A DNA stretch of 64,000 nt from an uncultured Bdellovibrionales bacterium (lineage in GTDB: Bacteria > Patescibacteriota > Minisyncoccia > Moranbacterales > UBA1568): the NCBI GenBank assembly GCA_964543815.1, contig CAZIZG010000001.1, positions 116,265 through 180,264 of the forward strand, in the 5' to 3' direction. A model generated the notes under the pieces. It saw only the letters and a list, made by a program, of their open reading frames with translations. It was not told where the DNA came from and ran no database searches. Both the position numbers and the translations under genes were made by a program. Within the stretch, counting starts at the first letter, position 1; each line of letters opens with the position of its first letter. Shown one piece after another: positions 1 to 10,293 of the stretch.

Positions 1-190
1 GGGCTCCTTGCCAAAATTCCTCGAAAAATCTATCCCCTTGATACGTTGATCATTTTTACTGAGACGAAGTATCTCAAGCAGGCTATTATCCCGACTTCCA
101 TCGTTCACAAAGATAATCTCATACGAAAAAGGAAGCGAGGCAAAAACTCGCTCAATCTCTTTGGCGAGGATAGGAATATTTTTTTCCTCG

Positions 191-1498
191 TTATAAACTG
201 GAACGACTATCGAGATGAGATTGGACATACCGATGAGATTGGATAATGTAAAAAATCCCAAGAAAAAGCGCCCCTAATTGAGTCAAGATTGTTATTCCAA
301 TTATAGCATAGAGTGACACTCCAAAAAAGGCGAGAGCTCCAATTTCAAGGCTTGACAAAGCCAATAAATACCATACTATCTTGGTTTCATGAAGCGAAAG
401 CAGATACTGCATACACAAACTCGCCAATGAATACAACCCTGCCGCCAAAGCAAACCACCCGAGGAGTCGGCTGACAGCAAGATACTTTTCTCCAAAAAGA
501 AGTCCCACGATTGCCTCAGGAAACAGTGAAAAAATAAGGACGGACGAACCAGAAACCAGCGTCGTCAACCAGACGGCAAAGCGAAAGGTCTCAGCTGACT
601 TGCTCCGATTGGTAGTACTCACCTCTGACGACATAGCAAACAGCACTGTTGTCACTACCCCCGTCACAAAAAATATGGTCTTTGCCACCACGGACAACGC
701 TCCATATTCACCAGTAACTTCCCCTGTAAGGTGGTGTTTTGCAAAAATCATGTCAGCATTTCCGAAAATCGCCACCGCAAGTGTTCCGAAAAATGCCGGG
801 GCAAGATATTCCTTAACTGATCGAGCTATGGCATCAGGCGTTTCGGAAAAAGCCGAACTTTCCGCTCCCTCTCTACTCGTGAGACGTCTCAGTAGACACC
901 AAGAAACCAGGTATCCGATGCCAGCAGCGACAAGCAATCCCAAGACAACTCCACTTGACCCGAGGCCCATATATATAAACCCTACTGCTCCAAAAAATTT
1001 TATTACGGTTGAGGTAATATTAACAGTATTTACCTCAGAAAATTTTTGCCAACCAGTAAGCACCCCTATAATAACCGCACTCAAAAAGGAAATGAGCATT
1101 GTTCCCCACAAAAGGATAATTCCCGTACTCGTTTCGATATTCAGAAACTCCTTAACGAGCGGCGTAAAGAGAATCATCACAACAAACAACGGCAGACCGA
1201 ATCGAACAATCTGTTTGTTGAGATAGGTAGCCAAATTCCGCGTTCCCACCACGTCATGCCCACCCTTCATCCGAGCAGCATGCTTCGTAGCAATAAGCGT
1301 AAGCGTCCCCGCTCCCACCGAAATAATAGTGAGGAGAGAAATAAGAGATTCGATTTCGCCATATTCAATTGGCGAAACCATCCGACCAATAACAAGATGA
1401 AAGAGGTAGTTCAGCACATTAACCAGCATAGTGCCAGCAAAAAGAACGGTGCTGTTGCGTAAAAAGGGGTTCTTCGTGATTTGAGAAATAATTTTCAT
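191..1498 (-). CDS. polysaccharide biosynthesis protein, Wzx-like multi-TM flippase (MOP/PST family)
   Basis: ORF 191..1522 (-), about 12 hydrophobic helices, N-terminus MKIISQITKNPFLRNSTVLFAGTMLVNVLNYLF typical of PST/Wzx; start trimmed to internal Met. Confidence 0.6.
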   Translation of the reverse strand: MKIISQITKNPFLRNSTVLFAGTMLVNVLNYLFHLVIGRMVSPIEYGEIESLISLLTIISVGAGTLTLIATKHAARMKGGHDVVGTRNLATYLNKQIVRFGLPLFVVMILFTPLVKEFLNIETSTGIILLWGTMLISFLSAVIIGVLTGWQKFSEVNTVNITSTVIKFFGAVGFIYMGLGSSGVVLGLLVAAGIGYLVSWCLLRRLTSREGAESSAFSETPDAIARSVKEYLAPAFFGTLAVAIFGNADMIFAKHHLTGEVTGEYGALSVVAKTIFFVTGVVTTVLFAMSSEVSTTNRSKSAETFRFAVWLTTLVSGSSVLIFSLFPEAIVGLLFGEKYLAVSRLLGWFALAAGLYSLASLCMQYLLSLHETKIVWYLLALSSLEIGALAFFGVSLYAIIGITILTQLGALFLGIFYIIQSHRYVQSHLDSRSSL

Positions 1499-1552
1499 GG
1501 AAAAATATCTTACTGAAACCAATCCCAGTAAGCAACAGGAATTTAGCAGTAT

Positions 1553-1921
1553 CTATTCTTCTTCGGTTTGTCGCAATGCCCAGTGAGAAATTGCATTCAC
1601 CGCCGACAAGAAAAGCGCCCCTAAAACAGCCATGAGAAATCCATGAACTTCAAACCCCTTTATCACACCACCGAGAATCCAGAGCAGAAACCCATTGATG
1701 ATGAAAGTAAACAGACCGAAAGTCAGAAGATTAAACGGGAGGGTTAAAATAAGCAAAATTGGTTTGATGGTAATGTTGACTACCCCCCACAAAAATGCCA
1801 AGAGAAGCGCTGTTCCAAAGCCTTTCACGGAAATACCCGAAAAAAGATGAGACAGAGCCAAAAAAGCGAGGGCACTCGTGAGCCAACGAAGCAGAATCAT
1901 CATAGTGGAAAGAGTTAGCAA
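1553..1921 (-). CDS. DUF360 (YvlD-like, Phage_holin_4_2 family) small 4-TM membrane protein
   Basis: 122 aa; segment KPILLILTLPFNLLTFGLFTFIINGFLLWI closely resembles the B. subtilis YvlD family as I recall it. Confidence 0.7.
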   Translation of the reverse strand: MLTLSTMMILLRWLTSALAFLALSHLFSGISVKGFGTALLLAFLWGVVNITIKPILLILTLPFNLLTFGLFTFIINGFLLWILGGVIKGFEVHGFLMAVLGALFLSAVNAISHWALRQTEEE

Positions 1922-2021
1922 GTTACACTTATATTATAGCACCCTCCTTCTCGAATACTAGCCTCCATCGAGGATACAAAAAAAACCACCCATCTGGATG
2001 GTTTTTTTAAGACTCTTCATA

Positions 2022-3446
2022 TTACTTCGTATTCTTTCGGCGTCTGAGTAGTGCTCCAGCTGTTTTGAAACAAATGATAATATCAAGCCACAATGACCAA
2101 TTCTCAATATAAAATACATCGAGAAGATACTCATCTTCAAAGGCCAAATCCGAACGACCTGATACCTGAGCCATACCCGTCACACCTGGCCGCATCGTAA
2201 GCAATCGGCGATGATATTCAGAATAACGCTCCACCTCACGTTCTTGATGTGGCCGTGGACCCACCAAACTCATCGTTCCTTCGAGAACATTGAAAAATTG
2301 TGGGAGCTCGTCGAGAGAAAAACGCTCGATAAAGGCCCCAACTTTCATTTTTCGAGGATCATCTTTGATTTTATAGAGGATACCCCCCTTGCGAACGTTC
2401 CGTTCGGCAATAAGCTCCTTCTCAAAGGCCATGGCTTCGGCCATGTGAGGGTTATCCTTGGTAACACAGTATTTCCAAAGCATGTAGCGAAATTTATACA
2501 CAAAGAACTTCGTTCCGTTCTCTCCGATACGTTCATTTTTATAAATAATCGGGCCATCCGGATCCTCAAGCTTGATCAGAATCGCCACAATGAGCATAAT
2601 GGGCGAAAAGAGCACCGTCAAAATGAAGCCGGCCACGATATCGTAAGCACGTTTGATAATACGGCCCCAGCCATCAAGCGGCGTATGCTGAAATTCGATA
2701 ATCGGCTCACCATTAAATATCTTCATCGAATAATTCTGGGTCTGAAAGGTGGTTGGAAAATATTTGTAAGTAATATTATTAATCTGGCAATAATCGAACA
2801 ATTTTTCCTGTTCATCATCCGTCAACGTTGAGTCACCAACGATAATTTCATCAACTCCTTTCGCTGCTCGGATTTCCTTGACCTGGACCACGCTCGCAGT
2901 ATCAATCTGATCAACAACGCGATAACCAAGCTCCCGATGTTTGGATAAATATTTAGCCAAGGCATACATTTTTTTATTGGTCCCAATAAGGAGGATGCGG
3001 TGAATACCAACACCGCGGTTAACCAGAAACCACTTCTGAACTCGTTGGATAATATAACGTGCAAGTACCACGTAAACGATGGCAATCGCCCACCCAACAA
3101 GAATAACAAACCGTGAGGAAAACCATTCTCGATTCAAAAAGACAGCAATAACCAATATAATCAATCCAAACGTAATAGCCTTAACCACACTGTACACTTC
3201 CTGAGAAAAGCGACGCGTCGCACGCATGGTATACAATCCCTCAAACGCAATAGTGAGCAGAAAAAATGGCGCCACTGTTGCCGCAAATATCAGATAGTCT
3301 TCAAAACTGAGATTAAAAACACGAGAAACATATCCCTCGAATATCGGGAGGCCGCGCAAAAAATACGCCGAAGCAGCCGCGAAGACAATCATGAGAAAGT
3401 CTACGGGCACTTGAACGGCACTAAAGTAGATTTCTGAACGTTTCAT
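2022..3446 (-). CDS. initiating polyprenyl-phosphate sugar phosphotransferase (WbaP-type bacterial sugar transferase)
   Basis: 474 aa; N-terminal TM block; catalytic-domain motifs [28 protein letters not shown] and [22 protein letters not shown]. Confidence 0.85.
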   Translation of the reverse strand: MKRSEIYFSAVQVPVDFLMIVFAAASAYFLRGLPIFEGYVSRVFNLSFEDYLIFAATVAPFFLLTIAFEGLYTMRATRRFSQEVYSVVKAITFGLIILVIAVFLNREWFSSRFVILVGWAIAIVYVVLARYIIQRVQKWFLVNRGVGIHRILLIGTNKKMYALAKYLSKHRELGYRVVDQIDTASVVQVKEIRAAKGVDEIIVGDSTLTDDEQEKLFDYCQINNITYKYFPTTFQTQNYSMKIFNGEPIIEFQHTPLDGWGRIIKRAYDIVAGFILTVLFSPIMLIVAILIKLEDPDGPIIYKNERIGENGTKFFVYKFRYMLWKYCVTKDNPHMAEAMAFEKELIAERNVRKGGILYKIKDDPRKMKVGAFIERFSLDELPQFFNVLEGTMSLVGPRPHQEREVERYSEYHRRLLTMRPGVTGMAQVSGRSDLAFEDEYLLDVFYIENWSLWLDIIICFKTAGALLRRRKNTK

Positions 3447-3483
3447 ATAGTCACACTTCTCTCAAAAGTTCTTAATCATACTT

Positions 3484-3856
3484 TTCCAAAACAGATCTAT
3501 AAGCCGGATTCTGTTCCGCCGAGGAGGCGGAGATTACCATTTATCTTGTCTATCCGTTACCGGATAACTCTTTGCAGTTCTCCACATCTTTCTTGAGCTC
3601 CAAGAAAAACTTGGCACGACCTTGCACCGAGGTAAGGATTTAGCCGTTTCACTCTCCGCATTACTGTGGAGACTCAACCCTTGCGGGTTGCCGAGCGTCT
3701 TTCGTACTCGGCGTCTCTGCTCGCACCTCGCGCCTCACGGCGTATGGGGGTTACCCATTACCCTTGCCACTCTTGCGAGTAGCTCGGTGTCCGGACTTTC
3801 CTCACTCCAGCCCTTTGCAGAGCCAGCCGCGCGATAATCCAATCTGTTCTGGAAAA
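3484..3856 (-). ncRNA. rnpB: RNase P RNA, bacterial type
   Basis: minus strand carries GAGGAAAGTCCGGAC (P4 5-prime half; plus-strand rc at 3789-3803) and ACAGAATCCGGCTTATAGATCTGTT (3-prime P4 half/P1, rc of about 3490-3515); P1 pairing CCAGAACAGAT/ATCTGTTTTGG; ends approximate (+/-5 nt). Confidence 0.85.
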
Positions 3857-3872
3857 GAACTTTTAACATTCT

Positions 3873-3901
3873 ATTTTAGCACAAAATTGACACTTTGTCA
3901 A
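3873..3901 (-). promoter_or_regulatory. sigma70-type promoter for rnpB (TTGACA-17-TAAAAT); the -35 lies inside the palindrome CATTGACActtTGTCAATG
   Basis: minus-strand TTGACA (plus 3896-3901), 17-nt spacer, TAAAAT (plus 3873-3878), about 20 nt upstream of P1. Confidence 0.5.
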
Positions 3902-4071
3902 TGACGCACTCTCAGCTCTCATCCTCCCTTATTCTACTCGAAAACCCCACTTTCTGACAGTCTCACTCTTTACAAAAACTACAATCTGTGGGAAGATATA
4001 TTGTCATCTCAGGAATTCATCCGAAATGTTTTCGATGAACACTCCTGTAGACGGCTAGAAGAAGGAGCGAA

Positions 4072-4377
4072 ATGACAGGAGTCATTGAAATGCTGCGTAT
4101 TCGCGTCGAAACCACACCAGAGTTCATCTGCCTTGCGCGGCATGAACATCACGCCGAATTCCTTGGAGCCTTTGTTGGGTTCGAACTCGACGCGGTTCCA
4201 GATCCCGAAAATGAGACGCTCTATCGCGTCTCGGTTGGAGAGGTAGAAAAAGCCCTCCGCCAAAAAACAGGCGGCACCATGGCTGTGGTCTACTGGACGG
4301 GCCACTGGCATCGTACCCAGCACCTGCTGGACGATCCCGTCTACTTCCCCAAGAGTTGCTGCGTCATCGTCACGTAG
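4072..4377 (+). CDS. hypothetical protein (101 aa) in a locally GC-rich islet
   Basis: AAGGAG 7 nt upstream of ATG; followed by terminator 4386-4418; overlapping minus ORF 4009..4323 rejected. Confidence 0.45.
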   Translation: MTGVIEMLRIRVETTPEFICLARHEHHAEFLGAFVGFELDAVPDPENETLYRVSVGEVEKALRQKTGGTMAVVYWTGHWHRTQHLLDDPVYFPKSCCVIVT

Positions 4378-4385
4378 CGCCTACA

Positions 4386-4418
4386 GGCGACCGGAACCCG
4401 GCCGCCTTCTTTTTTTTC
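4386..4418 (+). terminator. Rho-independent terminator
   Basis: GGCGaCCGG-aac-CCGGcCGCC stem followed by TTCTTTTTTTTC. Confidence 0.6.
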
Positions 4419-4421
4419 TAC

Positions 4422-5378
4422 CTACACTTTGAAGTAGTCTCGATACCAGTCAACAAAATTCTTAATACCTTTGTCGATACGTGTCGTCGGCTTCCAGCCC
4501 AGTTTACGCAGACGCTTGATATCAGCTACGGTTGACGGGACATCACCCGGCTGTATAGGAAGGAGTTCCTTCTTAGCCACTTTGCCAACATTCTTCTCAA
4601 TCACCTCAATAAAGCGGGTAAGCTTCTCCTCCCTGTCTCCGCCGATGTTCATCACCGCATACGAGAGGTCAGCATCGAGGCATGTCAGGATACCAGAAAC
4701 AATATCATCAATATACGTGAAATTTCGAGTCATATTGCCGTGATTGTAAACCTTGATGGTTTCATCTGCAAAAATAGCTCGAGTAAAATCAAACAAGGCC
4801 ATATCCGGCCGACCCCATGGACCATATACGGTAAAAAATCGTAGCCCCGTCGTCGGTAGACCATGAATATGACTGTAAACATGAGCGAGGAGCTCAGTGG
4901 CTTTTTTGGTAGCCGCATACGGCGAAATAGGGGTATCCACTGGGTCCGTCTCTGAGAAAGGTAGCTTTTTATTGTTGCCGTATACCGAGGAGGAAGACGC
5001 GTACAAAAAATTCTTCATCCCATACTTCACTGATAAATCAAGCAGATGGGTCGTTCCCATGATATTGACATCAGCATAAAGTGCTGGATTTTTGAGCGAG
5101 TTCCGAACTCCAGCCATAGCAGCAAGATGAATTACTTTTTCTGGCCGCTCTTTCTTAAATACTCGTTCTAAAAACTTCTCATCACGTATATCACCACGAT
5201 ACAGTTTAAATTTTCCTTTATAGGCCTTGAGAAATTTCTTGATACGATCTTCCTTGATTCGAGGATCGTAGTAGTCGTTAAAATTATCAATGAGCACTGG
5301 TGTGTCGCCCCGCTCCATCAGCGCCTTAGCCGTTGCCGACCCAATAAACCCCGCCCCGCCGGTAATCAATACTTTCAT
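4422..5378 (-). CDS. NAD-dependent epimerase/dehydratase (UDP-sugar 4-epimerase-like)
   Basis: N-terminal Rossmann VLITGGAGFIGS; short-chain dehydrogenase/reductase fold, about 320 aa. Confidence 0.8.
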   Translation of the reverse strand: MKVLITGGAGFIGSATAKALMERGDTPVLIDNFNDYYDPRIKEDRIKKFLKAYKGKFKLYRGDIRDEKFLERVFKKERPEKVIHLAAMAGVRNSLKNPALYADVNIMGTTHLLDLSVKYGMKNFLYASSSSVYGNNKKLPFSETDPVDTPISPYAATKKATELLAHVYSHIHGLPTTGLRFFTVYGPWGRPDMALFDFTRAIFADETIKVYNHGNMTRNFTYIDDIVSGILTCLDADLSYAVMNIGGDREEKLTRFIEVIEKNVGKVAKKELLPIQPGDVPSTVADIKRLRKLGWKPTTRIDKGIKNFVDWYRDYFKV

Positions 5379-6541
5379 ATACACTGCTTTAAGAAATTAT
5401 TATAGGCCTCATCGCAATACTTGGTAGTATAGCGCGCCAGAACCGTCTGTCGAGCCCGTTCCCCCATTCGCTGTCGATCCTCAGGAGAAACAATCAGGTG
5501 CTCCAATTTTTCCTGCCATTCCGAAGGCGTGGCTGCCACAAAGCCATCCACCCCATCGACGATCGCCTCACGAAAAGTCTGAGTCGCCGCAGCTACCGTC
5601 GGTACCGCTATCAATCCCGCTTCAAACCATTTGAGCTCTGATTTTGATTCACAAAAGGGATTTCCGATTTCAAGTGGCGCCAAATTAATATCCATCTGCC
5701 TGATATGTTCGAAAAGTTCCTCGCGGGTAAGAAATGGCACTCGTTCTATTTGTGATATATAAGGTGTCAGTAACTCATCGATGTCGAGCGGGCCAACTAA
5801 TACCAAGCGGAGATGAGAATACTTACCAAGAAGCGTTGCGAGTACCGGCGCAATGGTAGCAAAGTCTTTGTTGTGACTCGGGGTACCCGAAAGGTACGTC
5901 ATCCGAATCAATCCATCCGAATGAACTAGTTTGCCGATCACTCTCTCAGCAAGAGCGACATCCGCCTGAGACAGTTTGTTCCGTACCACAAAAACATGCT
6001 TTCCTCGTTCGCGGAGCTTGTCAGCTAAAAAAGTGGTGGTTGTGGTCGCCACCTTCACTGCCTCATCCGCAACAATCTCACCTCCCAGGCCATGCTCATA
6101 GAGCTTTTTTTCCCACGCATTCATCTTGGTATAGTAGTCCATGTGCTTAAGAAAGACTGGGTCGTATACGAGATCGTCCGTTTCAAAAATAATGGTCTTT
6201 CCCTGTGCTTTGAGGCCAGTAACAAACTGCGCAATCCGATCCGTATAGAGTACCCGATGAAAGACGAAAACGGAAAACTTTTCCGTATACGACAAGAGAA
6301 AAGGATTATCCTGAACCGTAATCGCTGTCCGGATATTTTGAAACCGCAACTCCTCGGCGACATTGGCGGTACGATACCGAGCACTGTCCCCTACGCCGTT
6401 TGAAATAAACAGTACGTCTCCTGGTTTCACCGAACGAAAAAGCCCCACGAAGGCCTTCGCGATACGCTCTCCGCCTCGCCAGAGACCATCCCGTTTGAGT
6501 ACCTGCCACGCCTTGCCAAATTTTATAAGGAGTAACTTCAT
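5375..6541 (-). CDS. glycosyltransferase family 4 (GT-B, GT1-type)
   Basis: 389-407 aa; C-terminal GT1 motifs; start trimmed to avoid overlap with upstream gene. Confidence 0.7.
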   Translation of the reverse strand: MKLLLIKFGKAWQVLKRDGLWRGGERIAKAFVGLFRSVKPGDVLFISNGVGDSARYRTANVAEELRFQNIRTAITVQDNPFLLSYTEKFSVFVFHRVLYTDRIAQFVTGLKAQGKTIIFETDDLVYDPVFLKHMDYYTKMNAWEKKLYEHGLGGEIVADEAVKVATTTTTFLADKLRERGKHVFVVRNKLSQADVALAERVIGKLVHSDGLIRMTYLSGTPSHNKDFATIAPVLATLLGKYSHLRLVLVGPLDIDELLTPYISQIERVPFLTREELFEHIRQMDINLAPLEIGNPFCESKSELKWFEAGLIAVPTVAAATQTFREAIVDGVDGFVAATPSEWQEKLEHLIVSPEDRQRMGERARQTVLARYTTKYCDEAYNNFLKQCI

Positions 6542-7728
6542 ACTGATTGAAGTAGTGTTCGATAAATACCCTCTACGTGTTCGGCGCTTTTTTCCCAACT
6601 AAACTCCCGTGCCCGTTCTCGATTTACCGCTCCTTTTCGCTTCCGCAGTGATTCATCGGCTATGAGGAGAGCGATGGCTTGGGCCAAAGCGTCACTCGTA
6701 CAGGCAGTAGCATACGTTCCGCCCTCACCGAGATACTCACGATTATTACCCGTATCAAAACATGCTACTGGCAATCCCGCTCCCATATACTGAAGCGTCT
6801 TGCCACTTGCCTCACGTGTTGCCTCATCCTTGGGGTCAACACCAATATCGCTCATCCAGAGAATACCCGGCAAATCAAAGTACGGGGACGGACTAATAAG
6901 AGTCACTTTTTCAGCCAAAGCACTCGGGATATCTGAAGCAATCAGATCCAGCGGGAAACCAGCCAAAACAAAGTGAACGGATGGAAACTGATTTGCTAAA
7001 ATAGGCATGGCTTCCAGGAAAAAATGGATTCCCTTATTGCGAATAAACGCTCCAGTGTAAGTCACCACGACGGCACTTTCCGATATGCCATACTTTGTTC
7101 GAATATCCCGCTTTTGAGGTAAGCTATCAAACATAGAAAGGCGCGTCCCATCAAGGAGTACCGGTACCGTTTCTTTGCGATAGAGCGCAATTTCCTTGGC
7201 GTTATTCCAAGAACTTGTTACGGCTGTATCACCCATTTGATCAATCACTTGCTCAATAAAACGAAAGAGTCGTTTGAGACCCGAGGCCCGCAGATAACTG
7301 TGCGAAACCATCTCTTTGGTCAGGCTGCCATGAAAGTCCGCTACCACTTTGATCCCTCGCCAAAAAAGCAACTTCTGAACAATCCACGCAATAAGAACGC
7401 CCTCGTGCAGGTGAGCATGAATGATATCGGGTCGTTTCGTCCGGGCCAGGAAAAAAACTTTTTTAATCAATAAGAGATCAAGAATAATCTTCTGCCAATC
7501 TGGTCCCGCTTCCAATTTGTGATACCAAAAAAGCAGTCGTCTGATACGTCTCACATCGATATGACTCCCCAGCATCACGGGAAGATCCTGCCCGATATGA
7601 TACGTGGCAATCGTAACCTGATGTCCACGCTGCTCAAGCGCCAAGGCCTCTTCCAAAATACGAATATGCGTTCCCCGATCTGAGAAAAATGGTGTTGGCG
7701 CGACCACAAGAATATTGAGAGGAGACAT
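6538..7728 (-). CDS. glycosyltransferase family 4 (GT-B)
   Basis: N-terminus NILVVAPTPFFSDRGTHIRILEEALALEQRGHQV; start moved to internal MSPLNIL so it abuts the stop of the upstream ATPase gene. Confidence 0.7.
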   Translation of the reverse strand: MSPLNILVVAPTPFFSDRGTHIRILEEALALEQRGHQVTIATYHIGQDLPVMLGSHIDVRRIRRLLFWYHKLEAGPDWQKIILDLLLIKKVFFLARTKRPDIIHAHLHEGVLIAWIVQKLLFWRGIKVVADFHGSLTKEMVSHSYLRASGLKRLFRFIEQVIDQMGDTAVTSSWNNAKEIALYRKETVPVLLDGTRLSMFDSLPQKRDIRTKYGISESAVVVTYTGAFIRNKGIHFFLEAMPILANQFPSVHFVLAGFPLDLIASDIPSALAEKVTLISPSPYFDLPGILWMSDIGVDPKDEATREASGKTLQYMGAGLPVACFDTGNNREYLGEGGTYATACTSDALAQAIALLIADESLRKRKGAVNRERAREFSWEKSAEHVEGIYRTLLQSV

Positions 7729-7732
7729 ATCG

Positions 7733-10186
7733 TTAGAGATCATCAGCCGAAACAGAGAGTGTTCCACCAGGCGCCACCGTGCCGGCAATAATTTGATTGA
7801 CCACCGCATCCTCAATCGTATCTTCGATGTAGCGATTGATAGAACGAGCTCCAAACTCCGGTTCATACCCGGTTGCCACAATCTTTTCTGCTACTCCAGG
7901 AGCGAACTCAATAGCAATATTCTTTTCTGCTTTGAGTCTGTTGGCAAAATCTCTCAGTTTCAATTCCGTCACCCGAAGGAGCTCGGTATCACTCAGTGGT
8001 TCAAAGAAAATCACTCCATCAAAACGGTTAAGAAACTCTGGTCGATAAATATTGTTCTCTACAATGGAATCCATGACTTGCTTTCGTATTTCGCTAATAT
8101 CTAGACCCGCTGCCATACCCTCACGAATGATGGTGGCCCCAGCATTGGAGGTGGCGATAATAATCGTATTCCGAAAACTCACTTTACTGCCATGAGCATC
8201 CGTAATGAAGCCCTCATCGAGTACCTGAAGAAACAAATCCAGCGCCTGAGGATAAGCCTTCTCAAGCTCATCGAGAAGAAGAATGGAGAACGGATGCTCT
8301 TTTATGAGGTCTGTCAGCTGACCAGGCATGTTCATCGCCTCTGACCCAATGAGGCGCGCCACCGCTTCTGGAGTTTGAAACTCACTCATATCAAGCCGAA
8401 TCATGTGTTCCTCACTGCCAAAATAACTCTCAGCAAAGGCCTTAACCGTTTCTGTTTTTCCTACCCCTGTTGGCCCCAAAAAGATGAAGCTCCCTAGTGG
8501 CCGTTTAGCATCACCAAAACCTGCTCGAGCTTTGCGCATCGCCTCTGCCACTTGCCGAACTGCTTCATCTTGTCCGATGACTCGCTCATGGAGGTATTCC
8601 TCCAGCCTCAGGAGCTTATCCTTTTCATCAGAACCAATAGCACCAGTAGGCATACCAGTTTTCAGCGAAACAAACGCTTCCACCGTCTTGGGTCCGATGA
8701 TGCTTTCTTCGCCATTTCCTTGCCAATAGATAAGCACCTCCTGGGCTAAGTCAAGCGCACGCTCCGGAAAGGCTACCTCCCACTTGTAACGACTGGACTG
8801 AACAATAACCGAAAGAAGTCCTGGCAAACTAAAAATGACATCTTTCCCTTCCACCGAACGAGCATAGGCGAGCAGGATCTGAAGCGTTTCCTCTTCATTA
8901 GTTTCCCGTAGATAAATAGTTTCAAAAAACTTGAACAATTGTCCGTTTGTACTAGACAGAGCATGATAACGACCAGTCGTCGTCGTAGCAATCAGTCGAA
9001 AATTTGGCAAAGAAAGAAATTCACCCAATACTGGTGCCAAATTTTGATGAGACTGCCCCTCACCGAGATACGTATCAATATTTTCAATTACAAGCACCAC
9101 ATTGCCGGCATAATAGCCCTCCGCCAATAAGTCACGAATTGCCCCATCAACATCTATGCCCTGATTGGCCGCATCGGATGCGGCTCGTCCGATATCAAAA
9201 AGGAGAACCCGCGTATCACCCAAAGCCGTCCCCATAAAAAAATTCTCTCGTATCAAACGAGCGACATGGTGAATGAGGGTCATTTTTCCAATACCGGGAT
9301 CACTCACCAACAAAACACTGTTCTGCGATGGGCGCTCCAAAGTCAGTATCATCAACTTCAGTTCCTCCCCTCTTCCGATAAACTTCAATTTGGCATACTG
9401 GGTCGGATCAAACTCAGAGAGGTCAAGCGCATAGCGATCAAGGTGCGAAGTATAGGCATAACGCCAGCCTTTCCCGATCGGTGTCTGCTTAACTAAACGC
9501 TCCCACGAAAATAATTGGTCTTGACGATCACGTTCAGCCGCCGCCTCATATTCCACGCGCACCGCTTGCTGATAGGTTTCTTCCCGAACCCCCAACGTCG
9601 AAAGGTGCGCGACAAATGACTCTGTATCCTTAAGAATGACTGAATCAAGCTCCTTCTTTTCCAACCCTAACCGGCCAAGCAATTTACCAAACCACCGGCG
9701 TTTGGCGAGGCTGGTTATATCATACGTTAGTGGTTCTTCACGATCACGATGCGTATAACCGATGAAAGCACTTCCCGCCCCCGTAAAGCCCGCAAGCAGC
9801 AACGCGCCACTAAAAATGGGATTAATGAACAAAAAGACTGCGCCACCCACCATGAAGAGTGGCGAGAGGAGATAGATGAAAAATCCCACTATACCAAAAA
9901 GAATCGTGAGCACGAGCATAGCGCAGCCCAGAGCAATCACCATAAGACGAACAATCATGCCCAAAAAACGTGAGATGAAATTTTCAAAAATGGTCTGGAG
10001 GGCCAATATGGGATGGAGGCCTGTCCAATTCCTGGATGACACATCTCGCTTCCATGGAGAAAAAAGAGAGAGGATATGCCCACTCGTATGAAATCGATGC
10101 AACACCGATCGAATCAGATTGCCAAAAAGGATGATGCAGGATTGAAGACCCCGAGTATAGTACCAAAGAAAATAATTTTGATTCAT
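7733..10186 (-). CDS. Hsp100/Clp-family double-AAA+ ATPase with N-terminal transmembrane anchor instead of a Clp-N domain
   Basis: 817 aa; residues about 75-145 strongly hydrophobic (2-3 TM); D1 Walker A DPGIGKMT; D2 FLGPTGVGKTE and Walker B ILLLDELEKAYPQ, matching ClpA/B/C D2 (FLGPTGVGKTE...DEVEKAHPD). Confidence 0.7.
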   Translation of the reverse strand: MNQNYFLWYYTRGLQSCIILFGNLIRSVLHRFHTSGHILSLFSPWKRDVSSRNWTGLHPILALQTIFENFISRFLGMIVRLMVIALGCAMLVLTILFGIVGFFIYLLSPLFMVGGAVFLFINPIFSGALLLAGFTGAGSAFIGYTHRDREEPLTYDITSLAKRRWFGKLLGRLGLEKKELDSVILKDTESFVAHLSTLGVREETYQQAVRVEYEAAAERDRQDQLFSWERLVKQTPIGKGWRYAYTSHLDRYALDLSEFDPTQYAKLKFIGRGEELKLMILTLERPSQNSVLLVSDPGIGKMTLIHHVARLIRENFFMGTALGDTRVLLFDIGRAASDAANQGIDVDGAIRDLLAEGYYAGNVVLVIENIDTYLGEGQSHQNLAPVLGEFLSLPNFRLIATTTTGRYHALSSTNGQLFKFFETIYLRETNEEETLQILLAYARSVEGKDVIFSLPGLLSVIVQSSRYKWEVAFPERALDLAQEVLIYWQGNGEESIIGPKTVEAFVSLKTGMPTGAIGSDEKDKLLRLEEYLHERVIGQDEAVRQVAEAMRKARAGFGDAKRPLGSFIFLGPTGVGKTETVKAFAESYFGSEEHMIRLDMSEFQTPEAVARLIGSEAMNMPGQLTDLIKEHPFSILLLDELEKAYPQALDLFLQVLDEGFITDAHGSKVSFRNTIIIATSNAGATIIREGMAAGLDISEIRKQVMDSIVENNIYRPEFLNRFDGVIFFEPLSDTELLRVTELKLRDFANRLKAEKNIAIEFAPGVAEKIVATGYEPEFGARSINRYIEDTIEDAVVNQIIAGTVAPGGTLSVSADDL

Positions 10187-10255
10187 GTCAAAAGGAAATT
10201 GAATCTTTCTTCCCTATTGTAGCTTTCTCTTTAGCCCTTGGCAAACATTTTTGAA

Positions 10256-10284
10256 TTGAAATATACCTCCAACTTCGCTATACT
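10256..10284 (+). promoter_or_regulatory. candidate promoter TTGAAA-17-TATACT
   Basis: upstream of the 10294 start codon. Confidence 0.3.
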
Positions 10285-10293
10285 AGAAATACC

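Noticed and set aside
600-1462. ORFs 600..1226(+) and 1046..1462(+)
   Set aside because: Antisense inside the Wzx-like flippase gene.
3622-3837. 71-aa plus-strand ORF
   Set aside because: Lies entirely inside the RNase P RNA gene encoded on the minus strand; the ORF is a by-product of GC-rich structured RNA sequence.
4009-4323. 104-aa minus-strand ORF overlapping the high-GC islet
   Set aside because: The competing plus-strand ORF 4072..4377 has a strong SD and a downstream terminator; the minus ORF has neither.
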